From a cyanobacterium endosymbiont of Braarudosphaera bigelowii (GTDB taxonomy: Bacteria > Cyanobacteriota > Cyanobacteriia > Cyanobacteriales > Microcystaceae), in NCBI RefSeq assembly GCF_020885515.1, contig NZ_AP024987.1:1440001-1472000 (forward strand): a stretch of 32,000 bases of DNA, given 5' to 3'. Made by a program: the position numbers and the translations under genes. The first letter of the stretch is position 1. Every line of letters begins with the position of its first letter. The notes beneath the pieces were generated by a model that had not been told where the DNA came from, made no database searches, and was given only the letters and a program-made list of their open reading frames with translations. Of the stretch, positions 10,007 through 20,846 are shown one piece after another.

Positions 10007-10369
10007 ATTTGAATTATCAATTACTGTATGTTATCTTATTCTAAATTTACATATGAAATATTCTCATATACTAACATTTTTAAAACTTAATCTTGAATAT
10101 TTATTGGAAAGGTAATTTTTTTACAATTTTTCTTGTGAATACTTAAAAAAGTAGTTAATGTTCATATTTTGGTAGATATAGAAACTAAGAGTAAAATTAA
10201 ATAAATCAATAGTTATTTTTATTAATTCTTGTGTTGGTAATTATGAATTTCGTATTATTGTTTCCTTTTTTGGACATTTTAATAAGATAATAAAACATCA
10301 ATAATAAGTATATAAAAAATTAATATTTTTTATATACTAGCTTCAATACATCAAACTTAATAGATATCG

Positions 10370-10408
10370 AATATAGCAATTACTTATATTGGAAGTAATT
10401 GCTATATT
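10370..10408. terminator. 16-bp perfect hairpin overlapping the stop codon of the SGNH gene
   Basis: AATATAGCAATTACTT atattgg AAGTAATTGCTATATT; the outer bases include part of the stop codon at 10407-10409. There is no clear T-tract on the minus-strand 3' side. Confidence 0.5.
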
Positions 10409-11597
10409 ATTTTTGTAATAAACAAATCTTGTTACTAATTATTTCCCCAGCAATTTGATGTCCAAAATTATTCCAATGACCACTTCCCATTTTTGTATTA
10501 TTGAAACCATGCAAAAAAACTTTGTTTTTATCGGCATAGGTTTGTAAAAGTGGAGCTAAAGTTAAAGCTTTAAAATTTTCCTTTCCTGATAATTTATAAA
10601 TACGTTGATCAGGATAGAATTGATTATATGTTGCTAAATTTTTAAAGTATTGTTCCCTCACTGAAAAGTTTGGATAAAGCTGAATAGGATTACTTAATAT
10701 CACTACTAAATAGTCAGTACTAAGGACATAACTTTCTTCCTGTATTAGTTTAATTAATTCATCTGTAAACTTCCATTCTCTTTGCCATTCTATAGAAGAT
10801 TCTTTATATAATTCTGGGATAAATTCAAGATTCTGAGACATATCTTCATCTCTTGATATTTCCCCAAGCATAAATTTAGGATATTGATTATTCACAAGTA
10901 CTCTAGCTTGATTAACTAACTGAAAAATATGAGATTTATTAATTAAAAAAAATAATTTTCTTCTAACAAGACTATTGCGCCATTGATAAGTCTTAGTATC
11001 CCTAAATGACATATCAAAAATATACTCATTATCCTTCAATTTTAAAAATGGACTAAATCTATTTTTAGGACTTAAGATTTTTGAATTATTAATAACATCA
11101 TTATCAGTAAAAACCGCTAATAGAACTAGATCAGGAGAAAACTGACTAGCATGATATTTTAGTGTTGTGTATTCTTGTGCAGTACCATAATCGCCAACAC
11201 CAAAATTTATTACCTCAATATTTTTCTTACTTAATTTTTGACATTTAGATAGTTTTTGTTCTACTAGTGACCAAAAAGTTTTATCTTTATCAAGCTGTAT
11301 AGCCTCAGCAAAAGAATCGCCAATAACAACAATTCTAAAAGTATTTTTCGTTTTCTTTTTTGTATAGTTCTTATCTCTTAGTCCGCTCTTGTTAATTGAT
11401 ACTGAAGCATTTCCTTCGTGCCTCCATCTTCCAAACATATCATATATGAGAGAATGTCCTCGATGAGAATCAACTTTATAAAAACTAGGATAAGAAATAT
11501 TCAATATCCTTAATCCAATTTCTCCAATGAATAGAGCGAAAGTTAAACTGCTAGATATTAATATAAAGTTATTTATAGTCTTGCTTAGTTTAAACAT
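10407..11597 (-). CDS. membrane-anchored SGNH/GDSL hydrolase-like protein
   Basis: 396 aa; N-terminal hydrophobic segment, block I FRIVVIGDSFAEA, C-terminal GHWNNFGHQIAGE (block V-like, H in GHWNNFGH). Confidence 0.75.
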   Translation of the reverse strand: MFKLSKTINNFILISSSLTFALFIGEIGLRILNISYPSFYKVDSHRGHSLIYDMFGRWRHEGNASVSINKSGLRDKNYTKKKTKNTFRIVVIGDSFAEAIQLDKDKTFWSLVEQKLSKCQKLSKKNIEVINFGVGDYGTAQEYTTLKYHASQFSPDLVLLAVFTDNDVINNSKILSPKNRFSPFLKLKDNEYIFDMSFRDTKTYQWRNSLVRRKLFFLINKSHIFQLVNQARVLVNNQYPKFMLGEISRDEDMSQNLEFIPELYKESSIEWQREWKFTDELIKLIQEESYVLSTDYLVVILSNPIQLYPNFSVREQYFKNLATYNQFYPDQRIYKLSGKENFKALTLAPLLQTYADKNKVFLHGFNNTKMGSGHWNNFGHQIAGEIISNKICLLQK

Positions 11598-11625
11598 AAT
11601 TGATTATTTTTATTAAGAACCACTT

Positions 11626-12816
11626 TTACTTCAATAAGGATTCTTCTGTTTCGGAATCAAAAATATGAATTGTCTTTTTATTTATTGATAACCATAGTAT
11701 ATCTTCTTTCTTAATCAAATTATTTCCTATATAGTTAACGATAATCTTAATAGGATTTTTACTTAACGTTTCAGTAAACAAATGTACTTCGTTTCCCATA
11801 TTTTCTACTAGATTAACCTTTACTTGTAAATTACTTACATGAGGAACGCCTAAAGTAATATGTTCAGGTCTAAATCCTAATATAACGAATTTTTTACTAT
11901 ATCCTTTTAAATATGATCTCGATGCCAAAGGAATACATAAACTAAATTTATCGTAAAAAATCTTGGAAGAGTCTTTTATTGTTGCTGGTAAAAAATTCAT
12001 TGGCAGAGATCCAATAAAGCTTCCAACAAAACAGTTGACAGGATGATGATATAGCTCTAGTGGAGATGCGACCTGTTGAATTTTTCCTTGGTTCATAACA
12101 GCAATACGATCCCCCATAGTCATTGCTTCAACTTGATCATGAGTAACATATATAGTTGTGATTTTTAGTTGATTTTGTAGCTTAACTATCTGAGAACGAG
12201 TTTCTGTCCGTAAAATTGTATCTAAGTTAGACATCGGTTCATCCATTAAAAAAACTTTAGGATTTCTAGCAATTGCCCTTCCCAAAGCTACTCTTTGTCT
12301 TTGACCTCCTGACAGCTGTTTTGGTAGTCTAGTTAATAGACCATCTAACTGTAGTAGTTTACTAACTTGCTCTATTTGTCGATTAATATCTATTTCTAAG
12401 ACCGAACTATATCTAAATCTTCTAGGCAATAGCCTAATTACTTTATCTAAAATTTTATCTATTTTTTGATCAATTTTATTTATACGACGTAGTCCAAAAG
12501 CAATATTATCATAAACATTAAGATGAGGATATAAAGCATAATTTTGAAAAACCATAGCTATATCACGCTGTTTAGGAAGAAGAGAACTCACATTTTTTTC
12601 TCCTATTAAAACTTCTCCTGATGTGATACTTTCTAATCCTGCTATAAGTCTAAGCAAAGTACTCTTTCCACATCCTGAAGGACCAACTAAAACCATAAAT
12701 TCTCCATCATTAACATTTAAATTAATGTGTTGTAAGATCTTAACTTCAGAATCTTTTGACTTGTTTCTTTGACGGAAGAAACTTTTATTAATATTTTTTA
12801 GTATAACCTTAGCCAC
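11626..12816 (-). CDS. sugar-type ABC transporter ATP-binding protein (MalK/UgpC/GgtA-like)
   Basis: Walker A GPSGCGKST, signature LSGGQRQRVALGRAIARNPKVFLMDEPMSNLD, switch TIYVTHDQVEAMTMGDRIAVM, C-terminal regulatory domain. No partner permease or binding protein in the window. Confidence 0.9.
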   Translation of the reverse strand: MAKVILKNINKSFFRQRNKSKDSEVKILQHINLNVNDGEFMVLVGPSGCGKSTLLRLIAGLESITSGEVLIGEKNVSSLLPKQRDIAMVFQNYALYPHLNVYDNIAFGLRRINKIDQKIDKILDKVIRLLPRRFRYSSVLEIDINRQIEQVSKLLQLDGLLTRLPKQLSGGQRQRVALGRAIARNPKVFLMDEPMSNLDTILRTETRSQIVKLQNQLKITTIYVTHDQVEAMTMGDRIAVMNQGKIQQVASPLELYHHPVNCFVGSFIGSLPMNFLPATIKDSSKIFYDKFSLCIPLASRSYLKGYSKKFVILGFRPEHITLGVPHVSNLQVKVNLVENMGNEVHLFTETLSKNPIKIIVNYIGNNLIKKEDILWLSINKKTIHIFDSETEESLLK

Positions 12817-13416
12817 TGTAATAAGTTAGAAATAATAATTTGATACTATGTATATAAGGCAATCAAAACGAAATGTATAAATCATGTGTAAAGACATCTT
12901 ATGGACTTAATTAACAAACGCAATAGTTTAGGTATAAAACATAAAATCTAATAATATACAATATGATTAAAGATCACTTTAGTAGTAATAATTTAAATAT
13001 TAATAAATAGCAACAAAATACTTTTTTAGTTAAAAAATATTGAATAAAAAAAGTGCATTAAGTCTTTAACAGTATATATTGACTTATTATATAAAATTCT
13101 ATATTTAGTAGAATTCTTAAAATTGTTTAGAATTAAACAATTACTTTCTGTAATTTAACTTCGAAAAAGTTTATTTTTTTTCATTATAAGCTTATAATAC
13201 GAGTTAATATACTATTCTTGATCATTAAAAGTTAGAAACTTTTTTATCTATCTCTATGAAGACTTAGTCTAAATTTAATTTAAAAATTTATTTTCAACTA
13301 ATAGCTAAAAAACAGTTAACTTAACAAGTTGGTTTTTATATTTAATAAACTATTTAACATCTTGTTTACTAGATAGTTTAAACATCATATTAAATATAAA
13401 GCACAGTACGTTTTAT

Positions 13417-13435
13417 ATACCAATTTAATTGGTAT
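13417..13435. repeat. short near-palindrome upstream of the CbiQ/EcfT-like gene
   Basis: ATACCAATT T AATTGGTAT, 9-bp arms, about 110 nt before the start at 13544. Confidence 0.5.
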
Positions 13436-13543
13436 CTTACACTAAATAAATTATAAAACTTTACTTAGTGAGATAATTTTCTATCTTATTTTCTTAAGTA
13501 ATAAAATTGACAGCACAGATAATAAGTAAAATTTGCAATAATT

Positions 13544-14419
13544 ATGGATCTATTACGATCATTACCTATTGGACTTTATCTTGAAAAGCCTCTTACATGG
13601 TTACATTTACTTGATTCTAGAGTTAAATTAGTTTGGCTAATGTCTTTATTGCTTGCAAATAGATCATCTAGTTCGGAATGGTTACTAGTTCTTGTAATTT
13701 TTCTTGTGGTTTTAACTATAGTTGTCAACATTCCTTTAAGAGTTTGGAAGCAACAAATGGGATGGCTTTTAATTATTAGTTTTTTAGTATTTTTAATTAT
13801 AGCCTTATCACCTGATGGTTTAGCAGTGTCTTCTCAACCCAGACTTCCAGTAAATAACATATCAACACCACAATTAAATTCTTATAGCTACATTTTATTC
13901 AATAAAGGAATATTTCTTATTACTCACAGATCTTTAGAACTAGGAATAAGAATAGGTACCCATATTTTTATAGCAGTTTATAGTGCTAATTTATATTTAT
14001 CAACTACTACTCCTGAAGCAATAACTGAAGGATTAGAGTATTTATTCTCGCCTTTAAGATTTCTTAAAGTTCCGGTAACTGAAATTTTATTAATCTTTAC
14101 GTTGTCTTTACGTTTTATTTCTCTAGTTTTAGAAGAAATACAAAACCTTACTCGCTCTATCAGAACTAGAGCTATTAACTGGAAAAAGTTAGGAATTAAA
14201 AAAAGTTTTCAAGTATGGATAGTAGTAATAGAAAAAATACTAGAGAATTTATTAACAAGAGCGAGTGAAATTGCTACTACAATGGAGATAAGAGGATTTA
14301 TTAGCCCTAATAAGCATAGAGTAAAATGGCATAAACTCTGTTTAGTTAAGGGAGATTGGATAGCAATATTTTTATTATTCCCTTTCTGGTATTTACGCTA
14401 TGCCTGGGGGGGAACATAG
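13544..14419 (+). CDS. energy-coupling factor transporter transmembrane protein, EcfT/CbiQ family
   Basis: 291 aa; LTWLHLLDSRVKLVWLMSLL, LFSPLRFLKVPVTEILLIFTLSLRFISLVLEEIQNLTRSIRTRAINW, ITTMEIRGF. Confidence 0.88.
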   Translation: MDLLRSLPIGLYLEKPLTWLHLLDSRVKLVWLMSLLLANRSSSSEWLLVLVIFLVVLTIVVNIPLRVWKQQMGWLLIISFLVFLIIALSPDGLAVSSQPRLPVNNISTPQLNSYSYILFNKGIFLITHRSLELGIRIGTHIFIAVYSANLYLSTTTPEAITEGLEYLFSPLRFLKVPVTEILLIFTLSLRFISLVLEEIQNLTRSIRTRAINWKKLGIKKSFQVWIVVIEKILENLLTRASEIATTMEIRGFISPNKHRVKWHKLCLVKGDWIAIFLLFPFWYLRYAWGGT

Positions 14420-14435
14420 AATGAATATTACTCAG

Positions 14436-15341
14436 TCAAGACAGCAACATATCTATAAGGATAAATGAACCAAACCCTAGACGGTACCATACAAATATCC
14501 AAGTACTCTGTTTTTGTAAGTAATTTATGAGCCAGGCAATAGATAAATAAGAAAAAATAATAGAGGAAATTATTGCTGTAAGAAGAGGTAATATAGTTTC
14601 TTGAGAGAATCCAGTGTTAAAAATCTCAGTTAACTCGTATAAACCTACTGTAGTTATTGCAGGAATACCTAATAAAAAAGAAAATCTTGCTGCAGTTTCT
14701 CGTTTCAAATTTAGAAAGAGTCCTAGCGTAATAGTTGAACCTGATCGAGAAACTCCAGGAACTATAGCCAAAGATTGGATCGCACCCATAAAAAACGCAT
14801 CTTGCCATCTTAATTTATCAAAGTTACGCTCATATTTTCCAGTTTTTTCTGCTAGTGCTAATAATAAAGACATAATAATAGAAGAGGCTGCAACCATTCC
14901 ACTACTACGTAAAATAGAATTATCTATATCAGTCATAAAAGTTTTTGCTAGATATCCAATTATGAGAAAAGGTAACGTTCCCATAAAGATACCAAAGCCC
15001 ATACGAAGATCATGAGATTTCAAGTCATGCTTTTGAATTGCTGTAAACGTACCTGTAACTATCTTTCTTAGATCCGACCAAAAGTACCATAAAACCGAAA
15101 TAATACTTCCCAATTGAATTACTGCAGAAAAATTTACTCCTGGATCACCCCATCCTAAATAAGAAGGAATTATTTGTAAATGGGCTGTACTACTAATAGG
15201 TAAAAATTCTGTTAATCCTTGTATCATACCTAGAATGATAATTTGTAAATAGTTAAAACTTTCAATTGTCGAAGATGGATTTTCTAATGTTATATTTTGA
15301 TTAATTGATAACTGAGAAAATATTAAAGCGAGAAAAAACAT
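14436..15341 (-). CDS. uppP: undecaprenyl-diphosphatase (BacA family)
   Basis: 301 aa; GMIQGLTEFLPISSTAHLQI and GAIQSLAIVPGVSRSGSTITLGLFLNLKRETAARFSFLLGIPAI. Confidence 0.95.
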   Translation of the reverse strand: MFFLALIFSQLSINQNITLENPSSTIESFNYLQIIILGMIQGLTEFLPISSTAHLQIIPSYLGWGDPGVNFSAVIQLGSIISVLWYFWSDLRKIVTGTFTAIQKHDLKSHDLRMGFGIFMGTLPFLIIGYLAKTFMTDIDNSILRSSGMVAASSIIMSLLLALAEKTGKYERNFDKLRWQDAFFMGAIQSLAIVPGVSRSGSTITLGLFLNLKRETAARFSFLLGIPAITTVGLYELTEIFNTGFSQETILPLLTAIISSIIFSYLSIAWLINYLQKQSTWIFVWYRLGFGSFILIDMLLS

Positions 15342-16115
15342 AATTTCTTGAACCAGAAATAAAAGATTTAAGCTACTTAAAGTTAGCTATAGGCTAGCAT
15401 TTTTAGTATATACTTCCAAGTGTTTTATCTTTTTGATATTCTGAATATCCTAATCCATAACGCAATAAAATCTAAATATCTATAGTCAAAGCTTAAAATT
15501 AGCTAGTCCTCAGTATGTTTTTTAGCTATGAATAACATTTTGCCTCAGTAGATACTTATGATATGAATGTAATGTACATAAATATAATACATACATGAAT
15601 TGAGATTAATAGTTTAAGATTTCATAGTTAAAAACTAAAATTTAAATTGTGTTTCTTAAATGGAATACCAGGATTAGTATTGATATAAAACTCATAAATT
15701 TATTTTAAACTCTACTAAAAAAACTATACAAATTTCTAGTATAGATCAGAAAAGCAATTATCCTATTGGGTCAATGGTTTTAAACTTTTTATCAACTTTT
15801 ATATAATAGTTTTTCTATTTAAAAATAAGAACTACATAAATATTCGATACATAATATCCTAAAGTGTATAAAATCTAGGTTCGTAAAAATTCTTTATTAA
15901 TGCGTTATCTTGACTAATGCAGTGCATAAAATTTGTAAATTTTGTAAGAGTAAAGATTTATGATCAAAACTATTACTATGATTATTTTTAGAATCTATTT
16001 AAGTAAAAAATAATAGTATTAACTTATAGAAGATGGAAATTAATAGTTAAGTTTTTTTCCATTTTTAATTCCTTTAGAATATATTAGGGCTAGTTTTAAC
16101 TTTGAGGAAAATTTT

Positions 16116-17567
16116 GTGACTGTAAGAGTTCGTATCGCCCCTAGTCCTACTGGAACTTTACATATTGGTACTGCCAGGACAGCTATTTTTAATTGGTTAT
16201 TTGCTAATCGTCACAAAGGTAAATTTATTTTACGTATTGAGGATACAGACGAGCAACGTTCTAAGCCTGAGTTTGTTGAAGATATAAAGTCAGGATTAAC
16301 TTGGTTAGGTTTAAATTGGGATGAAGGACCTTTTTTTCAGACTCAACGTTTGAATTATTACCATAAAACTATTCAAAAATTACTTGATCAAGGTCTTGCA
16401 TACAGATGCTATTGTACTTTAGAGGAGTTGGAAAATATGAAAGAACTACAAAAATCCAACAATCAAGCACCTAGATATGACAATCGCCATCGTTATCTAA
16501 CAAAAACACAACAAGAATCTTTTAAGGCAGAAGGAAGAAAATCCGTTATTAGATTGATAATAGATGACGAACAAGAAATTCGTTGGAATGATTTAATTAG
16601 AGGACATATGACATGGAAAGGTAGTGATCTTGGCGGAGATATGGTAATTGCTCGTGCTAGAGAAAATTCAGAAGTGCCATTTGGACAACCTCTTTACAAC
16701 CTTGCTGTGGTAATAGACGATGTAGATATGAACATCAGTCATGTAATTCGCGGAGAAGACCATATAGCAAATACTGCCAAGCAAATTTTACTATATGAGG
16801 CATTAGATGAAACAATCCCATACTTCGCACATACACCTCTAATATTAAACCAGGAAGGTCGTAAACTCTCAAAAAGGGATGGAGTTACTTCTATTAATGA
16901 CTTTCGCGAAATGGGTTTTTTACCCGAGGCTCTTGTTAACTATATGAGTCTTTTAGGATGGACTCTATCTGATAGCACTCAAGAGATTTTTACACTACAT
17001 GAAATCACAGAAAATTTCGATTTAGAACGTGTTAATAAAGCAGGTGCTAAATTTGATTGGAGTAAATTAGACTGGATTAACAGCCAATACCTTCATAAGA
17101 TATCAGCACAGGAACTAGTAGATTTATTAATTCCATATTGGGAAAAAAATAATTATCTGATTGACATCGATTTTGATCGTCAATGGCTAGAACGTATAGC
17201 TATTTTAATTCAACCTAGTTTAGTTCGTTTAAATGATGTTATAAAAGAGAGTTCTTTTTTCTTTGGAGAAAATATAAATTACGATGACGAAGCAATGCTA
17301 CATATGAAACAAGAAAGTGTTAAAGATATTCTTGAATTAGCCTTAACAAAAATTGAAGAAAACTCTATCTTAAATGAAGATGATATTAAAAAAATAATTA
17401 AGGAAATTGTTAAAACATTTAAAGTAAAAAAAGGACTAGTGATGCGCTCTCTCCGGGCAGGTTTTTCCGGAAAGTTACACGGTCCAGACTTAATTGAGTC
17501 TTGGAGAATATTGAATACAAAAGGATGGGATAAAAGCCGTTTAAAGGATTTATTAAATATTCTCTAA
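16116..17567 (+). CDS. gltX: glutamate--tRNA ligase
   Basis: [41 protein letters not shown]; [10 protein letters not shown]-like region; [14 protein letters not shown]. Confidence 0.96.
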   Translation: MTVRVRIAPSPTGTLHIGTARTAIFNWLFANRHKGKFILRIEDTDEQRSKPEFVEDIKSGLTWLGLNWDEGPFFQTQRLNYYHKTIQKLLDQGLAYRCYCTLEELENMKELQKSNNQAPRYDNRHRYLTKTQQESFKAEGRKSVIRLIIDDEQEIRWNDLIRGHMTWKGSDLGGDMVIARARENSEVPFGQPLYNLAVVIDDVDMNISHVIRGEDHIANTAKQILLYEALDETIPYFAHTPLILNQEGRKLSKRDGVTSINDFREMGFLPEALVNYMSLLGWTLSDSTQEIFTLHEITENFDLERVNKAGAKFDWSKLDWINSQYLHKISAQELVDLLIPYWEKNNYLIDIDFDRQWLERIAILIQPSLVRLNDVIKESSFFFGENINYDDEAMLHMKQESVKDILELALTKIEENSILNEDDIKKIIKEIVKTFKVKKGLVMRSLRAGFSGKLHGPDLIESWRILNTKGWDKSRLKDLLNIL

Positions 17568-17894
17568 ATTTGAGGGATAGGAAGGTAATATAAAAAATTT
17601 CTTTCTATCTTTCTAATTCACAAGATAGTTAAGTGTATACTAATAAAATATCAGTACATTTTCAAATTACTAAATTATATATTTGACTAAAAAATTTAAA
17701 TCAGATTTCTTAATTTTGAATAACTTATATAAAAAATAATAGAGAATTTGTAAAATTATATTTTGAAATATTGGTATTTTAATTCAAGATAGCTTAGAGT
17801 TTCTCTCATTTTGCTAAAAAATTTTCTATAATTATTACTTAGAATTCTCTCGAATTAATTAATTGAGGCTGCTTTTTTAGCATATGATTTTTCC

Positions 17895-18541
17895 CTAATC
17901 TAATTTTAAAATATATTTAGAGAAGCCTTTTATAATTTTTAAATTATGGTTGAACATAATAATAGAGGTTTGTGTATATTGTGTAATATTAATAAGTAAA
18001 TCTGTTATCTGATTAGCTTTGAGATCATCTAGTGCAGAGGTGGGCTCATCTAAAAGTAATAACTTAGGCTTCATAATTAAACCTCTGGCAACTCCAATTA
18101 TTTTCTCTGTCCTAAAGAGAGCTCTAATTCATTACGTTCTAGCCATTTATCTGGAATGAATAATCTAGATTTCCATTCTTCAAGTCTTTGAGTTATTTCA
18201 GTTTTTGAAATATTCTGTATTTTTAGAGCATAGCACAAAGCTTCGTGAACATTCATTCCTAACAGTTTGGTTTCTTGAGGTACTAAAACTATTTGCTGGC
18301 GTAAATAAGTAATAGGGATTTTTTTTAACGGTCGAGAACAAAAAAAAATTGTTCCAGTAGTTGGTTCTTGTAAACGATTTATTAAACGTAATAGAGTCGT
18401 TTTTCCAGATCCAGATGGGCCTATTAATGCTAAACGTTCTCCAGTAACAAGATTAAAGGAAACTTTCTCTAAAAGCTTATTTTTTAAAGAAGGATTATTT
18501 AATCCAATGTTAGATAATTGCAACAAAATTTTTCTAGACAT
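17895..18541 (-). pseudogene. ABC transporter ATP-binding protein split by a one-nucleotide frameshift
   Basis: ORF 18098..18541 ends after the signature LSLGQRK. In the adjacent frame the reading continues IGVARGLIMKPKLLLLDEPTSALDDLKANQITDLLINITQYTQTSIIMFNHNLKIIKGFSKYILKLD* to 17895. One extra A in the GAAAATAA run would restore LSLGQRKIIGVARGLIMKPK. Confidence 0.88.
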
Positions 18542-18951
18542 CTACAATTGCATTTTGAAAATGTTTAAAAAAAAAAGATATGTTATCTTTTCCACAATAT
18601 TTATGATGTACTATCTAGCCATCTTAATATCAATTGTAGTACCAGATTTTTTCTGTACTACAATTAATATTAAGACTTTTATTTTATTAATCATACATAC
18701 TTCTACAAGTAGCTGTAAATTAAACCAAGACGAAATATATTTGTCAAAATTTTAACTTATCAGCTTTTCTTAAAATAGAAATCACTTTTTTTCTAAACTA
18801 TGTTATGAAATTTTGATAAAAAACAACACTGACAAAAAGCGCAAACCCATATACAGAAAGTATGTAAGTTTTTGTTCAATAATATTTGTTTTCAATCTTG
18901 TAATATAACTTTATATAATATAAGTGAACAAACGTCACATATATCAAAGCC

Positions 18952-20556
18952 ATGTTTACGAACAATATTCCCTGGCTAACTGCTCTTATTCTCTTACCTT
19001 TGCTTGCTGCCTTTGCTATTCCTCTAATTCCCGATAAAGATGGGAAGACCCTTCGCTCTTATTCATTGGGTGTAAGCTTATTAAACTTTGGTTTAACTAT
19101 TACTGCGATATCTAGCGGATATGACTTTAGCAAAACTGATCTTCAGTTTTCAGAAAACTATAGCTGGATTCCAAGTATTGGACTTGGTTGGTCTCTAGGT
19201 ATTGATGGTTTATCAATGCCTTTAATTGTCTTATCAGGACTTATAACAACTGTTGCGTTACTGGCATCCTGGAATGTACAGAAAAAGCCACAGCTTTTTT
19301 ATTTTCTAATGCTAGTGTTATATAGTGCTCAAATTGGTGTTTTTGCTGCACAAGACGTTTTACTATTTTTCTTTATGTGGGAGCTAGAACTTGTTCCCGT
19401 TTACCTGTTGATCTCTATCTGGGGTGGTGAAAAACGATTATATGCAGCTACAAAATTTATCTTGTATACTGCTCTTGCCTCTATCGGAATTTTAATTTCT
19501 GCTCTTCTTCTTGCTTTTTATGGTGATAATGTCACCTTCAACATGGCAGAGTTAAGTATGAAAGAAATACCTGTCTCCCTGCAAGTTGTAATATACATGG
19601 GTTTCTTAATAGCTTATGCAGTCAAATTACCAATATTTCCTTTTCATACCTGGTTGCCTGATGCACATAGTCAAGCCTCTACCCCAGTATCTATGATATT
19701 AGCTGGTGTTCTTTTAAAGATGGGCGGATACGGACTTATTCGTTTTAACATGGAAATGTTACCTAATGCTCACATTATATTTGCTCCTTTATTATTAATT
19801 CTGGGAGTTGTAAATGTTGTCTATGGTGCATTTGCAGCATTTGGTCAAACTAACCTTAAGCGCCGTCTTGCCTGTTCTTCATTATCACATATGGGCTTTG
19901 TTCTTATTGGTATATCTTCATTTACTGAAGTAGGTATGAATGGAGCGGTGTTCCAGATGGTTTCACATGGTTTAATAGCTGCAGCCTTATTCTTTTTATG
20001 TGGTGCTACCTATGAACGTACTCATACTTTGATGATGGACGAGATGGGTGGACTTGCTTTAAAAATGCCTAAAACTTTTGCATTATTCACAACTTCAGCA
20101 ATGGCTTCTCTAGCTTTACCTGGTATGAGTGGATTTGTGGCAGAGCTTACTATTTTCTTAGGAGTCACTGAAAGCGACGCCTACACCGCAGCATTTAAAA
20201 CTGTAGCCATATTTCTTACAGCAGTAGGTCTGATTTTAACTCCTATTTATTTATTATCCATGTTAAGAGTTGTTTTTTATGGACAAAGTAATGAAAAGCT
20301 GGAGTTAAGTAAGTTTAATTTAGATGCTAAGCCGCGTGAAATATTTATATCAGCTTGCTTAATTCTACCTATTATTATTATGGGCTTATATCCTAAGCTA
20401 GCCACAGAAACTTTTGATGCAAAAACTGTAGAAGTGAATTCTAAAGTTCGCTCTGTTTTGCCAATAGTTGTACAAGAAGCAAGACTCCACTATCATCAGG
20501 ACAATGTGAACAAAAAATTATTTCCTGCAGTATTAATTAATACTAAGATCAATTAA
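18952..20556 (+). CDS. ndhD: NAD(P)H-quinone oxidoreductase chain 4 (NdhD)
   Basis: 534 aa; [88 protein letters not shown]. Confidence 0.96.
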   Translation: MFTNNIPWLTALILLPLLAAFAIPLIPDKDGKTLRSYSLGVSLLNFGLTITAISSGYDFSKTDLQFSENYSWIPSIGLGWSLGIDGLSMPLIVLSGLITTVALLASWNVQKKPQLFYFLMLVLYSAQIGVFAAQDVLLFFFMWELELVPVYLLISIWGGEKRLYAATKFILYTALASIGILISALLLAFYGDNVTFNMAELSMKEIPVSLQVVIYMGFLIAYAVKLPIFPFHTWLPDAHSQASTPVSMILAGVLLKMGGYGLIRFNMEMLPNAHIIFAPLLLILGVVNVVYGAFAAFGQTNLKRRLACSSLSHMGFVLIGISSFTEVGMNGAVFQMVSHGLIAAALFFLCGATYERTHTLMMDEMGGLALKMPKTFALFTTSAMASLALPGMSGFVAELTIFLGVTESDAYTAAFKTVAIFLTAVGLILTPIYLLSMLRVVFYGQSNEKLELSKFNLDAKPREIFISACLILPIIIMGLYPKLATETFDAKTVEVNSKVRSVLPIVVQEARLHYHQDNVNKKLFPAVLINTKIN

Positions 20557-20573
20557 TTATGTAAAGATACATT

Positions 20574-20632
20574 TTTTACGATTTGAGGGGTGGGGCTATT
20601 ATAATAATAGCCCCACCCCTCAAATCGTAAAA
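20574..20632. terminator. 28-bp perfect GC-rich inverted repeat with 3-nt loop, 3' of ndhD
   Basis: TTTTACGATTTGAGGGGTGGGGCTATTA taa TAATAGCCCCACCCCTCAAATCGTAAAA, 17 nt after the ndhD CDS end. The structure is certain; the terminator/3' processing role is inference. Confidence 0.7.
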
Positions 20633-20846
20633 GACTTTTGTAAATTAAAAGCTGAAAATGAAATATATATTGTAAGGTTTAAAATATATATTGAGCAATC
20701 AAACTTGTCTAACAAAATTATAGTTTCAATACATGAAAACTAGATATATAATTTAATTTAAGGTTCTCTTGTAAAATCAAAGTTGTTTTTTTACTTGATA
20801 AGCTTCTTGCTATAAATACAACTAATATATATATAATAAGATTCTA

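Noticed and set aside
11626-14419. Possible functional transporter operon joining the MalK-like ATPase and the EcfT/CbiQ gene
   Set aside because: The genes are divergent, separated by about 730 nt, and belong to different ABC transporter classes.
14614-15015. Plus-strand ORFs of 133 aa and 60 aa (14626..14808)
   Set aside because: Both are antisense inside uppP, whose motifs are strong; the translations look compositional.
18507-18755. Plus-strand ORF of 82 aa
   Set aside because: It overlaps the start of the ABC ATPase (pseudo)gene on the other strand and has no recognisable domain; a hydrophobic stretch is expected by chance in AT-rich DNA.
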